Part shown: positions 25,450 through 39,050 of the stretch, piece after piece | Position numbering within the stretch: the first letter of the stretch is position 1 | Layout: each line of letters opens with the position of its first letter | Assembly (NCBI GenBank): GCA_028534125.1 | Contig: CM052817.1 | Location: forward strand, 28,336,001-28,400,000 | Direction of reading: 5' to 3' | DNA from: Lama glama | Lineage: Eukaryota | DNA: 64,000 nucleotides | Notes under the pieces: model-generated | The model's database searches: none | Told to the model about the DNA's origin: nothing | Seen by the model: the letters and a program-made list of their open reading frames with translations, nothing else | Position numbers and translations under genes: made by a program

Positions 25450-25965
25450 TGAGTAATGTCTCCTTCTGCAAAAATCTGTAACTAATCTCTATTTTATTCA
25501 GAATCAAAACTTCTTAATTCTGGCATTCAATACATTCACAATTTCCAGCTTAATTTCAATTGTTTTCCATCAGGAAAGCTACATTATAGCTAAGAGGAAC
25601 CACTGAGGTATAGAATATATGTCTAGTGCATCCTCATCTTCATTAAAAACATATTTTGTTTCTTCCACATTCTTGTTTCCTTAAGGACTAAATACTTCTC
25701 ATCTCTTGCAATCCAGTTTAAGTTACATGCCTTCTATATTGTCTGTCTTAATCAGGTCAGTCAAAAAATAATTTCTTCAACCTACAGACTCTTGGCATTT
25801 TTTTGTGCAGTTCTGTTATGAAAATCTTCACTTTTATCATGTATTAATCCTTTTTATGTATTTCCTATTAACACAGTCCTTCTTGATTTATTCCTGTAAA
25901 TTCTGTATCATCTCAGTGCTTTGCACATGTTAGTCATTCATTAGCTACTTATTGAATCAACAAAT
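25450..25965 (+). mobile_element. Degraded LINE-2 3' end
   Basis: cagaatcaaaacttcttaattctggcattcaa; ends cagtgctttgcacatgttagtcattca...ttattgaat. Confidence 0.6.
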
Positions 25966-26334
25966 AAAGTAATAATGGAGGGCAGAATTTTCTTCTTAAT
26001 AATTCTTTAGTTTGGCTTATGTTGCCTGTCAACTCAAGTTAACAACAACTCTTGCTCTCAGTAATTTCACAATTGATTATGTGCTTAGCAGTACCTACTG
26101 AGAAAACAATTCTTAGCTGAGGATACTGATCCAAAGAATATTTGTCTTGCTGTAGTGATACTACTGTGATAATAATGAAATTTTTATTGTCAAGGCTTAG
26201 AAATATCATATATTTAAAAAAACCTTGAAGTTCTAGTTATATATACTCACACAAATATGAGAAGTCTTATGATAGAGTCACAGATTTTATGTTAAAGGCT
26301 ATTTGTGATTTAATTGATGCATACAAGTCTGTAC

Positions 26335-26500
26335 AAACCAGGCACTGTGTACAGACTTATATTAAACTGCAGAAGAGCCCTCATGTCAGGGGTAACCCCA
26401 TTCCTCAGATGAAGGTACAAAGTCCACAAAGGTCAGGAAGGTTCACATCATGCAAAGATTGATCAGTAGCATTAAGATGGTCTGTTCTCCTTCCACTGCA
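26335..26500 (-). mobile_element. MIR fragment
   Basis: ccaggcactgtg...ccccattcctcagatgaagg. Confidence 0.55.
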
Positions 26501-26910
26501 CTGAACTTGCTCTTAAATTTATTGTAATTTTAACTTTGGGGATATCTGATATAGAATGCTTGGTATAGTGAACAGACTCTTGATCAAAAGTCCAACAACC
26601 AGGGCTCCAGAAAAGAAAAGAAATTAAGCTGGAATGGGTAAGATTATGAAGAGTTCATACTGGGAAGATAGAATATTATAACATGTAAGAGTAAAATTCA
26701 AATAGTTTAACCAGTGCTAACAAACACATAATTTAGGGGCAGAGTAGTGATATCTTTAAAACACGAATAATATTAATCCTCTTTCAGGTTTTTAAAGTAA
26801 AACTATATAGATATATATATCTATTTGACATTTAGGAAATGTTCAATAAATAGTCAATAAATACTAGACTTTCTTTTGGAAAAATTTTAATCAACTTTAA
26901 CTAAAATTGG

Positions 26911-27256
26911 ATCTATTACTTTGTTAGGGCTCCCATAAAAAAATACCACAGACTAGGTGCCTTAAACAACAGAAATGTATTTTTTCACAATTCTGGAGTC
27001 TAGAAGTCCAAAATCAAGGTACCTGCAGAGTGCTTTCTTCTGAGTCCTCTTTCCTTTACTTGAGATGAACAGCTTCCCACTGTGTCCTCACGTGGTTTTC
27101 CCTTTGTCTATGTTGTTTCTGTCCTAATATCCTCTTCTTTTAAGGACACTAGTCATATCGGATGAGGGTGCACCCTAATGACTCCATTTTAACTTAATCA
27201 TCTCTTTAAGGACGTCAGCACATCAATTTTGGGGAGACACAATTGAGCCCATTACA
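26911..27256 (-). mobile_element. MaLR solo LTR, MLT1A0-like
   Basis: aaataccacagactaggtgccttaaacaacagaaatgtatt...gtccaaaatcaagg...ggggagacacaattgagccc. Confidence 0.9.
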
Positions 27257-29064
27257 CTTGGAGATTGAGAATATAATCCCAGGAGGTAATATTTTAAGAA
27301 CTAGATTAAGGATATGTGCTAGAAATACTGAAATGCCATATTATGGATGATGACTTCATACTGTAAATACTACTGAGGCATCAAGCGTTTTTGATCAGGT
27401 GAATGATGAAAATAGCGTTTTTCTCCCATACATTTTCAGTTGTGACCAAACATTTAATATGTACTTAAAAATTAGACAATAACAAAATGTAGAGTAATTT
27501 GGATTAAATTTTCCCCATGAGAAAATTACAGACATAAATGTGCCATGATATGCATGCTGTAAAGTCAGTTCAGCACCAGAAACTGTGTGATATTTGGTTC
27601 ATACTGACTGGAATTCATTTCTCTTAACTTCCTTCCATTTTTCTTTATCCCTTCAAGAAAACCTCTAATCCTCAGAAAACCCTAGGACAACCAAAAATAA
27701 GTTGCCTGTCTTTTCAAAGTGAGCCTGCAAATTCCTCCTCCTAGCCACTTCTCTTTCAGAGTTAACTAAGCTATTTTCATTTTAAATACCTGTCAAGGAC
27801 ACAGACTTAGTGAAACATGAATCCTTTTAGCTTTTGTGATGGCATATCAAAGTTTTATTTCTATCTCATCTTTCTCAGGGGTGCATGGCTTCTTGCTTTG
27901 TTTTTTTCCCATGACTCAGCAGAATGACCATCTTCAATGCTTAAGAAAAAGAAAACAAAAACAAATAAAACAAAACAAATGTATCATTATTAAAAGGAGG
28001 TTACAGAGACCTGTTCCACATTTTCCCTACTTGCTTTCATCATTAGCTTTAAATCTTTCTTACTAAAGATACTTCTGAAGAGGATTTGAACTGTCTCCTG
28101 TTGAAATGCATAAAATATGTTTTGAATATACCCTTTCTTCCATCCCTGACTCAACTATATTATTTGCCACTGTGCAGCAAATATTGATTACTTGATTATA
28201 TATAGTCTAACAGAGAACAGTTTATTAAGAAGAACTTTGTTTTCATTATTATTAAAACCGTATATGTTAGGGATTGGAATTAATTTCCTTTAAGAAAATC
28301 ATTTGGAAGTCCACATTTCTTATCCTCTTTTTCATTTTGAAGAATAACTGTTCACTCTTTTCTAATTCACATAGTGCAGGGATGCCCCTTACGCTTTGTT
28401 GACCTAGCAAACTTCTTTTTCATAGTGAAAATTTGTTCACCTTGTTTTCTCTCCAATTGGTCATTTTCATTATGTTGGTAACGGTCCAATATATACACAC
28501 ATTAAAAACAAAACCAGATGAAAGTGGAGAGGAAGGGGAGAAGGAGGGTGAGAAGGTAATAATTCAGTAGGCTGGAAGAGATTTTTTTGTTGCTCTGAAA
28601 CAATGAATGATTAGAAAAGTGAACTTAAAAGAAAGAGGCTCATTTATTCCTCCTCACATCATTTATTTAGTAATAAAATCTGAAACCAATATAGGTCAAC
28701 CACACACACATACAAAGTCTGCCTGTTCTCATTATATCCTTGAAAACCCACAGTAAACTCAGAGTGACACATTTCTTCTGCATGTACTTGTCTTTCCTTG
28801 TTAAGCATTGCTGATTAAGTTATATTGTGCATGAAATCTGAGATGCTCTAGGAGGCCAAGTACCTGAGAAAAGCATGTTATAAAGCTATGGTGTGCGTCA
28901 TCTGCTTTGCCTTGTTCCTGAAGATCTGAAGCCATAAGACCTCACTACAGCAAAGCAATATAAATAATTCAAAAATTATGTATTAAATTGAGATTCTGGG
29001 GACTTTTTTTGGATAGGCCAATATCAACTGAATTAAGTTTGAAGGTGGTTTTCTATTTCTTATA

Positions 29065-29376
29065 CCATCAGTCCTCTGTATCTGCGGGTTCCACATCTGC
29101 AGATTCAAATAAATGTGGATCAAACATATTTTTAAGAACTCCATAAAGTTCTGGAAAGCAAAACTTGAGTTTGGAGTGCTGACAACTATTTACATAGCAC
29201 TTGCATTGTCTTAGGTATTATAAGTAACATAGAGATGATTTAAAGTATACGTAAGAGTTTGCATAAGTTATAGGCAAATACTAAGCCATTTTATATAGGG
29301 ACTTGAGCATCAGCAGATTTTGGTATCTGTGGAGGGTCCTGGAGCCAATTCCCATAGATACTGATAGATAACTCTG
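29065..29376. mobile_element. Tigger-derived MITE, MER2-like
   Basis: ctgcgggttccacatctgcagattcaa ... gatttaaagtatacg ... tttggtatctgtggagggtcctggagccaattccc; TA on the left flank. Confidence 0.88.
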
Positions 29377-29844
29377 TGCTGGGTGACTCTTAAGGAATCA
29401 TATGAGGTATTTAAGGAGAAACATCACCCATGGGTTTATGGATATAATATTGTCTTTTCGTTTGTTTCTGTTTTCTGGTATCCATTAACATGGATGACTT
29501 AGGAAAGCAATTGCAAAATGCATACCCTGGTAAATGTGCAGATACCTCTCCTGCAGTCTGGCTCTTATAAAGCATTCAATTGCAAAGACAAAAATAAGTT
29601 ATTCCAGAAAAATAATACCAAGTACTTCCTTCTTTCCTACGTTAATTTCCGGTGTAGTTAAAATGAGGAAATTGTCCTGTAAAGGGATTTAACAGAAATA
29701 AATCTGTTGTATGCATAATGATATACCTTGGGAGCATGACGCTGCTTCACCCTTGTTACTGGTGCCAAAGATCTTTCACAGCTATGAGCTATGGCCTTTG
29801 GGATTCTTTTTTTTTTTTTTAATTAAAGAAGATGAAGCCTATTT

Positions 29845-30097
29845 TTATAGACTGAATTCTGTGCCTCCCAAATTCACACAATGAAACTCTAACCCCTAGT
29901 GCAACTGTATTTAGAGATAAGGCTTTTAAGGCAGTAATTAAGGTTCAATGCCCTAATCTAATAAAACTGGTGTCTTTGTAGAGGAGGAAGACACACCAGG
30001 AATGCACGAACATAGAGGAAAGGCCATACGAGGCCACAGCAGAAAGAAAGCCATCTTCAAGGCAAAGAGAGAGGCCTCAAGAGTAAACAAACCTGCC
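29845..30097 (+). mobile_element. MaLR LTR (MLT1A-like), cut by an assembly gap
   Basis: gactgaattctgtgcctcccaaattc...gccatcttcaaggcaaagagagaggcctca. Confidence 0.88.
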
Positions 30098-30197
30098 NNN
30101 NNNNNNNNNNNNNNNNNNNNNNNNNNNNNNNNNNNNNNNNNNNNNNNNNNNNNNNNNNNNNNNNNNNNNNNNNNNNNNNNNNNNNNNNNNNNNNNNN
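30098..30197. other. Assembly gap, 100 N
   Basis: Run of N; round length suggests unknown true size. Confidence 1.
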
Positions 30198-33100
30198 GGC
30201 TGGGTCTGTGTGACACCATCAACAAAAATAAGAAATATATCATTTTCTTCACTTGCATAATATAATGGAAAGCTTAAATATGTGAAAGTAAAAATTAATT
30301 TACTTAGGAGAAAACAATCCAAAATATACTAAGAGGATGATGGAATCTACGTAATTAATATTCAAACAAATACATGTAGGAAAAATTTTAGACTACTCTC
30401 TTAGGCTATTGATGCTTTGCACTTCTATGTAGAAAGAATAATTTGGGTCATCAAAAGAAAAGTGTAGTTCAGGGGAAAAAAGTAATCATGATGTGATTCT
30501 TGCACACGATCATTGAATGTTCACAAATGGAATGTTTTACATAATTCAAAGGTTGATTTAAGGACCTTGAGAAACCATGGATAAGGGTAACTAAAGTAAT
30601 CAAAGTAATTTGAAATCAGGAAGGCTGCATTATGAGGAAAATATAAAGGATTTGTACATATCAATCTTGAAAGGTAAAGAGAAAGAAAATGATTAGAATC
30701 TGCAGTGCTATTAAGGACAGAAGGTGAGGAGTAGACTTGTTCATAAGACCAAATCCAATAGATATAACGGATATTCCCTGAACCTTGAACAATTTTAGTC
30801 ATATAGGAATACTTAAAGAACTTCAAAGAGAAATTCCTTATTCATGTGGTCACTATGAACACTTTCTCCCTACTAATGTTAGACTCATTACATCTAATTT
30901 AATGTTATGGTATATCAGTAGCTATATTGTTTCCCAATCATCAATGGACCTTCACAGAAAATATAGCAATTCCAGAGAAAAAGCCCAAATATTTCTTTTC
31001 TTTCCACACATCTAATAATTGAATAATGACTCATATCCTGGATAGATTGTGTATTTTAAAAATCATTTTTGTTAGGGTTTAAGTCATTATTTTTTAAAAC
31101 TGTGTGGTATATCACAGTTGTTGGGATAAATTCTCAGGATATTTGTTCTGATGTAGTTGGATAAGATGGTCCAAGTGAAAAAAAAAATGCACAAATAAAG
31201 ACCTGACGTCAACAATAGAATCTCATGGAAAATAATTCTTTATGATTCTTAGTTAATACACACACACACAAAATAAGAATTTTAATTAAGACCCATGGTA
31301 GAGATACGAGGCAACATTTTCAAGGCCGAAGGACTATAGAACTTTATTTGAAGAGAGACTGGGAATATATCCAAGAGGCATAATGAAGAAGTACTTCTAC
31401 TTGGGTGACGTTTTAATCACAGTGGCTTCTGTTGTTTTAGCTATCCTATACTGAGATATAATAAAAACTTATTTTTTCCATACATTGGTAGTCAGTTATC
31501 TAACTGAAAGAATTGTTGGTTAGACCATTCTAGAATGAGTATATTATTTTAAAAATCAAAATTACTTTAGCTTTGAAGATCCTCTTCTTCACTTGAGGGA
31601 CAAACATTTTCTAACAGTACTAACAAAATCTTTCAAGCCAGTGTATATTTAAAATGTATATAACTTTTTCCATTTATGGCTTGTACTCTAGCTTTCGATT
31701 TAAAACTAATTTCAACACACTGTGATTTAACTTAAAACTCCAGTTAGTGACAAAGGATACTCTTTAAATGAAATCAGTAAGTTTTCCATATTTTAAAATA
31801 AGTAGGTAGCAGTAGGAACATTGTGAGCAGGTTCTTCATTTGTTAGCACAATAGGTTTACAACTATATTTGGCTGTGTTTTTTCTTCTTCCTTTCTTAAT
31901 GTAGAATGCTTGTAGTCACCTTTAATAACCCAGTTTAAGAAAGGTCATATTTTCAATACAATGTCAAACTGAGTTCACATAGCTCATGGTATAAGAATTG
32001 TTCTTCTTGTTTAAGATACTTCAACTAACTTTCTTAGTTTGTTTCATTATTTCAAAATGATGAAGTATTTTTAAAGCACTGTATAAATGCTAGAAAGGAA
32101 ACAAAATGAAAATGTGTAGAGGCCATGTGTTCAGATAACAACTGAGGAGAAACAATGTTACTGGCTGAAGCAGTGAAGGAAATATGCCTCTAGGACATGA
32201 AATTCTTCAATGCAAGGGTATGTGACATTTTCACAAGTATGGATCAACTTTCTGTCTATTGAACTTTGCTTCCAGGGGCACTTAATCCTAGGATACACTC
32301 TTTAAATCATAAAGAAAGAGGATAAAGCAAACATCTAAATTCTGGCCTGGGTACCAATGACTTTATGACTTGTTTCATGATATTATAGTTCCTTGAAATT
32401 CAAAGATTGTAAAAGCATAAAAATGAAGGAGGGCTCTCATCACATAAATAAGTGAGGGGAATCAGAAACACTCTAGAATATTAAGTGTTTGCTTAGGCCA
32501 CATTTTATACATACGCATGGGTCAAAACCAATTTGAAGTGAAGAGCACACTGTATTCACATTTATAAGGATGTTGAAGTGAATGCCATGTCATGTTAGTA
32601 CATAGTTTACAGAAAGGCAATTGGAAAGAAGATAAAAATGTTGTCTTACCTATTTGCCTTGCATAGCCCTCAGATTTTTTTTTAAGAGTTTCCAGTCTTC
32701 TGGAGATATTTCAGCATTAACGAATATTTTTTAGAAAAAAAAAATATAGCATGCAGTTACATAATCTTCTATAGAGGCAACGACAGATCTTTTGCAAATA
32801 AATCTTTTCTTATTAGCGTGTCAGCAACTTCTGCTTTTGCCAAGTTAATCATTTAGCCAGCTGAAATCTAGCATATTTGTTTTACTGGGTTTGGCCTTGT
32901 CAGCAGTAATGCAAGTAAAAGTGGTTTTCTTAACACAACCATTTTTCCTCCCTTTTACCTTAGTTAACAGAAATAAACTCCTGTACAGATTTTTTTTTTT
33001 CCCTTGGGAAAATCGCTTTAAAAAACAGTGTGTGTGATCTAGAGGATGTTTAATTTATTACCATTTTGTACCCTATAAACTGGATCAGCTCTCAGCAAAT

Positions 33101-33499
33101 CTTCAATATAGGCATAGTTCATATTCTGCAGTTAATTTCATAATCCCATTTCCTCAAAATTCTTTTATAAACTTTTTGTCAGGTGCTCTATTATTCTCTC
33201 CAGCTGATCAGACAAAGGGCATCCTTGAAGAGCTTACCTTATGTAGTACAGGAACACCTTCTAACTTCTCTCTCCCATATTCACCAATGCAATTAATTCA
33301 TTCTATGTACTAGTGCTCATATACCAAAGGGAAATAATTTGAATTAGGTTTTCAACTGTGTCTACTTTATGTCTAGTAGTCTATATTTATATTCTAGTAG
33401 TCTATAAGTATGTCTATATTATGTCCCATCCATCAAATCTTTTTTTATTTTAGTTGGGAGTTTGAGATTGGTAAATATTAGACACAATTATTAGATAGA

Positions 33500-33725
33500 T
33501 AGTTTTGTTCAGGGACCCTTACAAGTTTGCAGTCAAACTGTTGACCTGCTGGTGGGGCCTGTACTCTCTGAAGATTTGACTGAGCTGGGAGTTTTTCCAA
33601 GCTCATTCACCATTCTTCTGGCAGAAGGCTTCAGTTTCTCACTACTTGGGTCTTTGGAGAAAAAGAGAAAGAGGGAAAGAGAAAGAGAGAAATAGAGAGA
33701 GGCTGAGAGAGAGAGATAAGTGAAT
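33500..33725 (-). mobile_element. Old MLT1 fragment followed by GA-rich low complexity
   Basis: tctgaagatttgactgagctggg...ggcagaaggcttcagtttctc. Confidence 0.6.
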
Positions 33726-33739
33726 GGGGGAGAAGGGCA

Positions 33740-34143
33740 GTAGCAAATCATCACAAACTGAGTGGCATAAAACAACACACATTTATTGTTATGTGGTTCT
33801 GGAGGTCAGAAGTCCTAAAAACACAGAGTTGGCAGGGCTGGAGGCTGGTGTGTAATCAGTCTTCTTATTTTTTCCAGCTTCAAGAGGCTACCTGCGTTCC
33901 TTGCACATCCCTCCAGCCTGTGCTTTGTTCGTCGCATCTCCTTTTCTGAACCTTTGCCCTCCTACCTCCCTCTTAGAGGGACCCTGGTCATCGATCACAG
34001 CTGTATCATCCAGGACAATCTCCCCATTGCAAGACACTTAACTTAATCAAAACTGATAAGTCCCCTTTGCCATGTAAGGTATACACTAACAGGTTTCAGG
34101 TGGCAAAATATAAACATCTTCTGGGGGCATTATTATGTAGACA
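33740..34143 (-). mobile_element. MaLR solo LTR, MLT1C-like
   Basis: cacaaactgagtggcataaaacaacacacatttatt...ttctggaggtcagaagtcc...cccctttgccatgtaaggta. Confidence 0.88.
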
Positions 34144-34149
34144 TAATAA

Positions 34150-34310
34150 GCCCCTGTCTGTGAAACGAGGGGGTAATGACGCCTACTTCCTAGGGTTGGT
34201 ATGAGGATTAAATGGGTTCAGTTCTTCATTTTTTTGTGTGTGTTATTTTTAGTACTTAAGAGTATAGGCTAGTACATATTAAGTGCTATAAAAATATTTG
34301 ATGAATAAAA
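34150..34310 (+). mobile_element. MIR fragment
   Basis: tctgtgaaacgagggggtaat...cctacttcctagggttggtatgaggattaaatg. Confidence 0.75.
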
Positions 34311-35275
34311 TAAAGAATTGCATGATTTGGCTCTCTTATTGTTTAATTATTTTGGGTCTGTGATCATTTCCATTTTTACCTACGTGCATGACTGATTATT
34401 TCTGAATGAGCACCAAACAGTGCACATAAGATCCATACAGATAAAACTGAAGTGCCAGCTTTTTATTCCATTCTGTTCCTTCAGAGATGGTTTGTGCTTG
34501 CTACTGTCTGGTGGAGAGTTAAAATCACGAGCCAGCCTGGATTAATTTAATCTAATCAAGGATTGAGACAATTGTAATCTGGGCCTCAGACTCATGAAGA
34601 CCCTGAAACTATTTACCAGGGGTCCTCTGCTTGTGGGCTTAAAGTCCAGTCTTTGTTTTTCCTGTCTGTCTGTGGACAGCACTGCTCAGTTACCCAGCCT
34701 CTCAATCTTCTCCAGCCTCACCTCTCAGTTTCCTTCTAAATCTTTCTCTTACAACTCTTCACTTCTTTGACAATTTTCTGATGCTGTCTGATGAGTGTAC
34801 ATTACATCCTCTCCAGCTATTCTGAGTGTTTTCACTCAGCCACATTCAATAGCTAGAACTGGTGACTGGAGTTTTGTTTCTAGATCATGTGCCCTTTAGA
34901 AAATGACAGTATTTCTCAAGATAAGGTTCTCACCCTGCCAGCACCCTGAATGAATACTGGATAGAAACTGAATGCTGTATTATGGAAAACTGGGTGATTA
35001 CGTGACCTGAGCCACTGAGTCATGGCTCAAGGAGTCTAGCAGTACACATCTGTCAAGTGAAATGATATATTTCTGGCCAGGCTTAGCGGATGCTGAAGCC
35101 ACAAAGAGAAGATCATAAATATGTCAATTACAGTATTGTCTCTAATTGTTAATAATTGACAACCTTTTATATAAAAACATTTTCATATGAAATACAATGG
35201 AATATGCTAAAGCTTGAAGTATGAACTAGAATTTTTTGTATCTACCTGAATGCTTTAAATTAAAAAGTTATGAAT

Positions 35276-35919
35276 GATCCAGCAATCCCACTCCTGGGCA
35301 TATATCTGGCAACTCTAATTGGAAAAGATACATGCACCCTAATGCTCACAGAACATTGTTCACAGAAGCACTATTTACAATAACAAAGACATGGATACAA
35401 CCTAAATGTGCATCAACAGATAACTGGATAAGGAAGTTGTGGTATATTTATACAGTGGAATATTACTCAACCATAAAAAAGAATAAAATAATGCCATTTG
35501 CAGCAACATGGATAGCCCTGGAGATTATCATTCCAAACGAAGTAAGCCAGAAAGAGAAAGAAACATACCATGTGATATCACTTATGTGGGGAATCTAAAA
35601 AAAAAAAAAGGACACAAATGAACTTCTTTACAAAATAGAAATAGACTCACTAGAAAACGAACTTATGGTTACCATGGGGGAAGTGGGTAAGAAGGGATAA
35701 ATTGGCAGTTTAAGATTTGCAGATATTAACTACTATATATAAAATAGATGGACAACAAGTTTCTATTGTAAAGCACAGGGAACTATATTTAATATCTTGT
35801 AGTAACCTATGGAAAAGAATATAAAAAGGAATATAGGTATGTATATGTATGAATGAACTATTATGCTATACACCAAAAATTGACACAATATCATAAACTG
35901 ATTATTCTTCAATAAAAAA
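35276..35919 (+). mobile_element. Lineage-specific LINE-1 3' end, within older degraded L1 sequence
   Basis: ORF 35332-35598 matches the ORF2 C-terminus (ALFTITKTWIQPKC...PFAATWIALEII); 3' UTR ends ttcaataaaaaa. Confidence 0.95.
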
Positions 35920-36381
35920 GTCTAAGAAAAGTGAGTCTAAAAATATACACAGTCTAATACAATTTATTTGAAGACTAAGACATATTAAAGAACACTATAC
36001 ATATTATGTATGCATACATTTTATATAATTATATATGTTTTATATTATATATATGCATGAAATAAAATTCTAAATACACGTGTAGAATTATCAATTATGA
36101 AGTAGCTTAATAATGAACAGCGGAGAACAGGTTCAGAATTATAGAGGGCTTCAACCATGTATATATGTTTTTTTAATTTATGAAGTAAACATGGCCAATT
36201 TTTAAGAGGAGAAAAAGCCAGGTTGTTATAGAGCAGTACTTAGTAGAATATTCTCTCTATTTTTCTGTGTACTTGAATTATTTTATAATACAAAATAAAA
36301 TTTTTATAGTAAAAAGCCTTCTTAGAAAGACATTTTCACACAGTGCCATTTACACAGCTTTGTGTTACTAACTGTGTAAAT

Positions 36382-36827
36382 TGTGTGTCTGCTTCATCCC
36401 AATCCACTCTCCGCCCTTCTCCAACATCTTCTGCTTTAGGAGGCCAAGCCTTGGAAACTACATCTTCAGTTTCCCTAGTTGACTGTCTTCTGTTAGGGTC
36501 AAGCCAACAGGAGCCACTGTCAGATTGTACTGGAATGGAGGAAAAGACCAGTGTTTCTTTCCTCCTTCCTTTGTGCTTTATGGGATCTCTGGGCGTATCT
36601 ATGTGCCAGCCGACCACTGCTCCAAAGCCCCCTACTTCTCAGTGAATGCTGATTATACTGTTGGCATTTCAGCTCTGGGAACGGTAATGGCTTTGCATTG
36701 TTACTGCGGGTGCCTCCCCATTCTTTATTCACTTGCTTATTGCTGCCCACTCCTCTGTAAGTGAAGTCTCTTTATAAGTCTGCTCATTGAAATATTTGTG
36801 TTTCCTGATGGTACCTTGGCTCATGCA
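36382..36827 (+). mobile_element. ERVL solo LTR, LTR33-like
   Basis: ggaaactacatc...tgttagggtcaagccaacaggagccactg; end tgtttcctgatggtaccttggctcatgca. Confidence 0.7.
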
Positions 36828-38129
36828 CTGGTGAAATGAGAAAGCAAAAATAATACACTAGCACAGTAAGTGGTAAAAATTTATTGAAATATATTCCTTA
36901 GTTTACACAATGCAAAAAAATTAAAAACTATATAAAACTATTTCAATTATTTGATTAATTGACAAGTCAGATTTGTTCATACCAAATTGCAGAATACATG
37001 TTCTATTTGGAGTGTGCCAAGCCATAACACAAACTGGTTTAATGATAGCTGACAGTTGTATGTAGGATAATTAAAATAGTACCATATGCAACTGTAACTT
37101 TTAATATACTTAATGATTATTTTGAAAGAGACAATTGTAATAGCCATTGTGATCATCAATCCAGTGGTCAGGTTTTAATGTGGTTACAGTGATGTGAAAT
37201 TTTAAAATGTCCCAGTAATGTTATAATTCATTTTCTAAAGATTATTCACTAGAAATAATATATCTCATTATAAGCCCAAGGGTTTTTGAAATGGAAAGTA
37301 GCCAGGCTCCTTTAGCAAAACTGATTAGCCTGTCTTCCTACTTCAGTGTGTTTATCTATTTAAGCCACGTTAATTAGCAAATTCACTAATGAGGTTCCTA
37401 TGTCTGTTGTAAAGAAAATCCTTTTCTTAACAACCTTGTTATTTAACATAGTATGTCAGACTAAAGCTCGACTTGGCAAAAGTCTGCAATCCATACTTGA
37501 AAAATGTAAGCATTTTTTCCTTTACTGCCCGCAATGTTGCCTGGTAATAACAGTATCTCAGTTCAAACAAATAATTAGAGTTGATGATAAAAGGGTAAAT
37601 AGAACCTTAATGAATGACTTTGCCAATGGCTGTTGTTTGTTTAAGGCATTAAGCCAAGTTCATTGTTTAGCATCTTCATACCTACTACCCTATATGAAAT
37701 GATTAAAAATTCGTGGACTCAGTCTTAAGGAATTATGTCATGGAGTGTGACTGTATCCTTGAGGTGCTGCTAATGATTTTGCTTGTCTACTCTGCATTCT
37801 GGCTGGATCCTATGCTGTGATTGTCCGTCTCGGGCTAGGCATTCCACTCCCACAAATTCTTTTTGAAGGAACTGACTAACTGCAGGTAGTTTTTGTAACC
37901 GCAGATCACCTGGGGTCACAGTGAAAGAGAATGGTACCTGGAAGAGAGATCCCTATGTACCTGCTAGCTTCTTTCCTACCAGCTCTATGAGCAGAGCTTT
38001 TGCATAGTACCAGCTGGCAACTGCTAGACCACTCAGATCCTCCCATTTTGTCTTTGAATTCAAAGCATGCAACGCATTTTACAAGTTTAGAGATAAGATC
38101 ATGGTCCTTTTAAAGAGCAGCAATAAGCT

Positions 38130-38292
38130 TAGCTGGGCAGCTGGAATGGCTAGAAATGAGGTCGGAGATCAAGTCATAGCTTACACTGTAAGGTTTGTAA
38201 ACCACGTTAAGGATTCTCGTCTTCATCAGACAGGTTATTGAAACTTGGCAAATATAAAACCAGGAAGTAATGTGATCAGATTTACATTTTCC
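38130..38292 (-). mobile_element. LINE-2 fragment
   Basis: aaatgaggtcggaga...tgtaaaccacgttaagga...tgatcagatttacatttt. Confidence 0.65.
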
Positions 38293-38849
38293 TTCTTCTA
38301 TAGATTTTCTTACATTAAACCTTGATTGACTGAGTAAACTTAAGCGTGTTTCTCTTATAACCTGGAATCTGAAAGCTAACTCTTCTCATTTGACTGATCA
38401 TAGGTTTAGGTGATAATTTTGTTTTCGGCTCTTGTGTACTAGTTCTGTACTAGCCATTAGAGTAGATGTTTTAGCCTCAATTTCTGCCTAGGGAGCTTGT
38501 TTTTTTTTTTTTAATTGTCCTTACTCGACTTCTTCCAGTTCAGATCATTTCTGGTAGACCATGTTCTACTGCTTAAAGCCTTGTATCTACAGGCTTTAAT
38601 TCTCGAATAGGGTTCAGGGTCAGAAGCTGTGTCTTAACTCTGCCCCTCACTATACGAAGACTTGACACCATCTCATCTAAATCCCATAGTCTGAATTTCT
38701 TTTTCTGTAAAGGGATATTTTATCTATTATGATTTATAGGTATGTTGTGAAAGAAATTTGGGAAATCTAGGTGGGGGTATTACAACTATAAGATGATGTA
38801 TGAATAAATTATTATGGTAAAGTTAATTTGATTCATATACATTACTGAG

Positions 38850-39050
38850 GCAGGGCAAGGATGGTAGAGTAATGTCAGGGTCACAACACGGGCTTTAGAC
38901 TAGGACAGCTTTCAATCAAAACTCTGCTACTTAGCATCTGTGTAACTTGGGCAAATTAATTAACTTCCCTGATCTTCAGCATCTTTATCTATAAAATGGA
39001 GATGGCAATATCTACTTCACAGTGTTATGAGAAAGCTTTAATGATGTAAA
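38850..39050 (+). mobile_element. MIR SINE
   Basis: gggctttagact...ctctgctacttagcatctgtgtaacttgggcaaattaattaacttccctg...tctataaaatggagat. Confidence 0.85.

Noticed and set aside
29953..30322. Three ORFs of 81-101 aa
   Set aside because: They run through the 100-N gap and MLT1 LTR sequence
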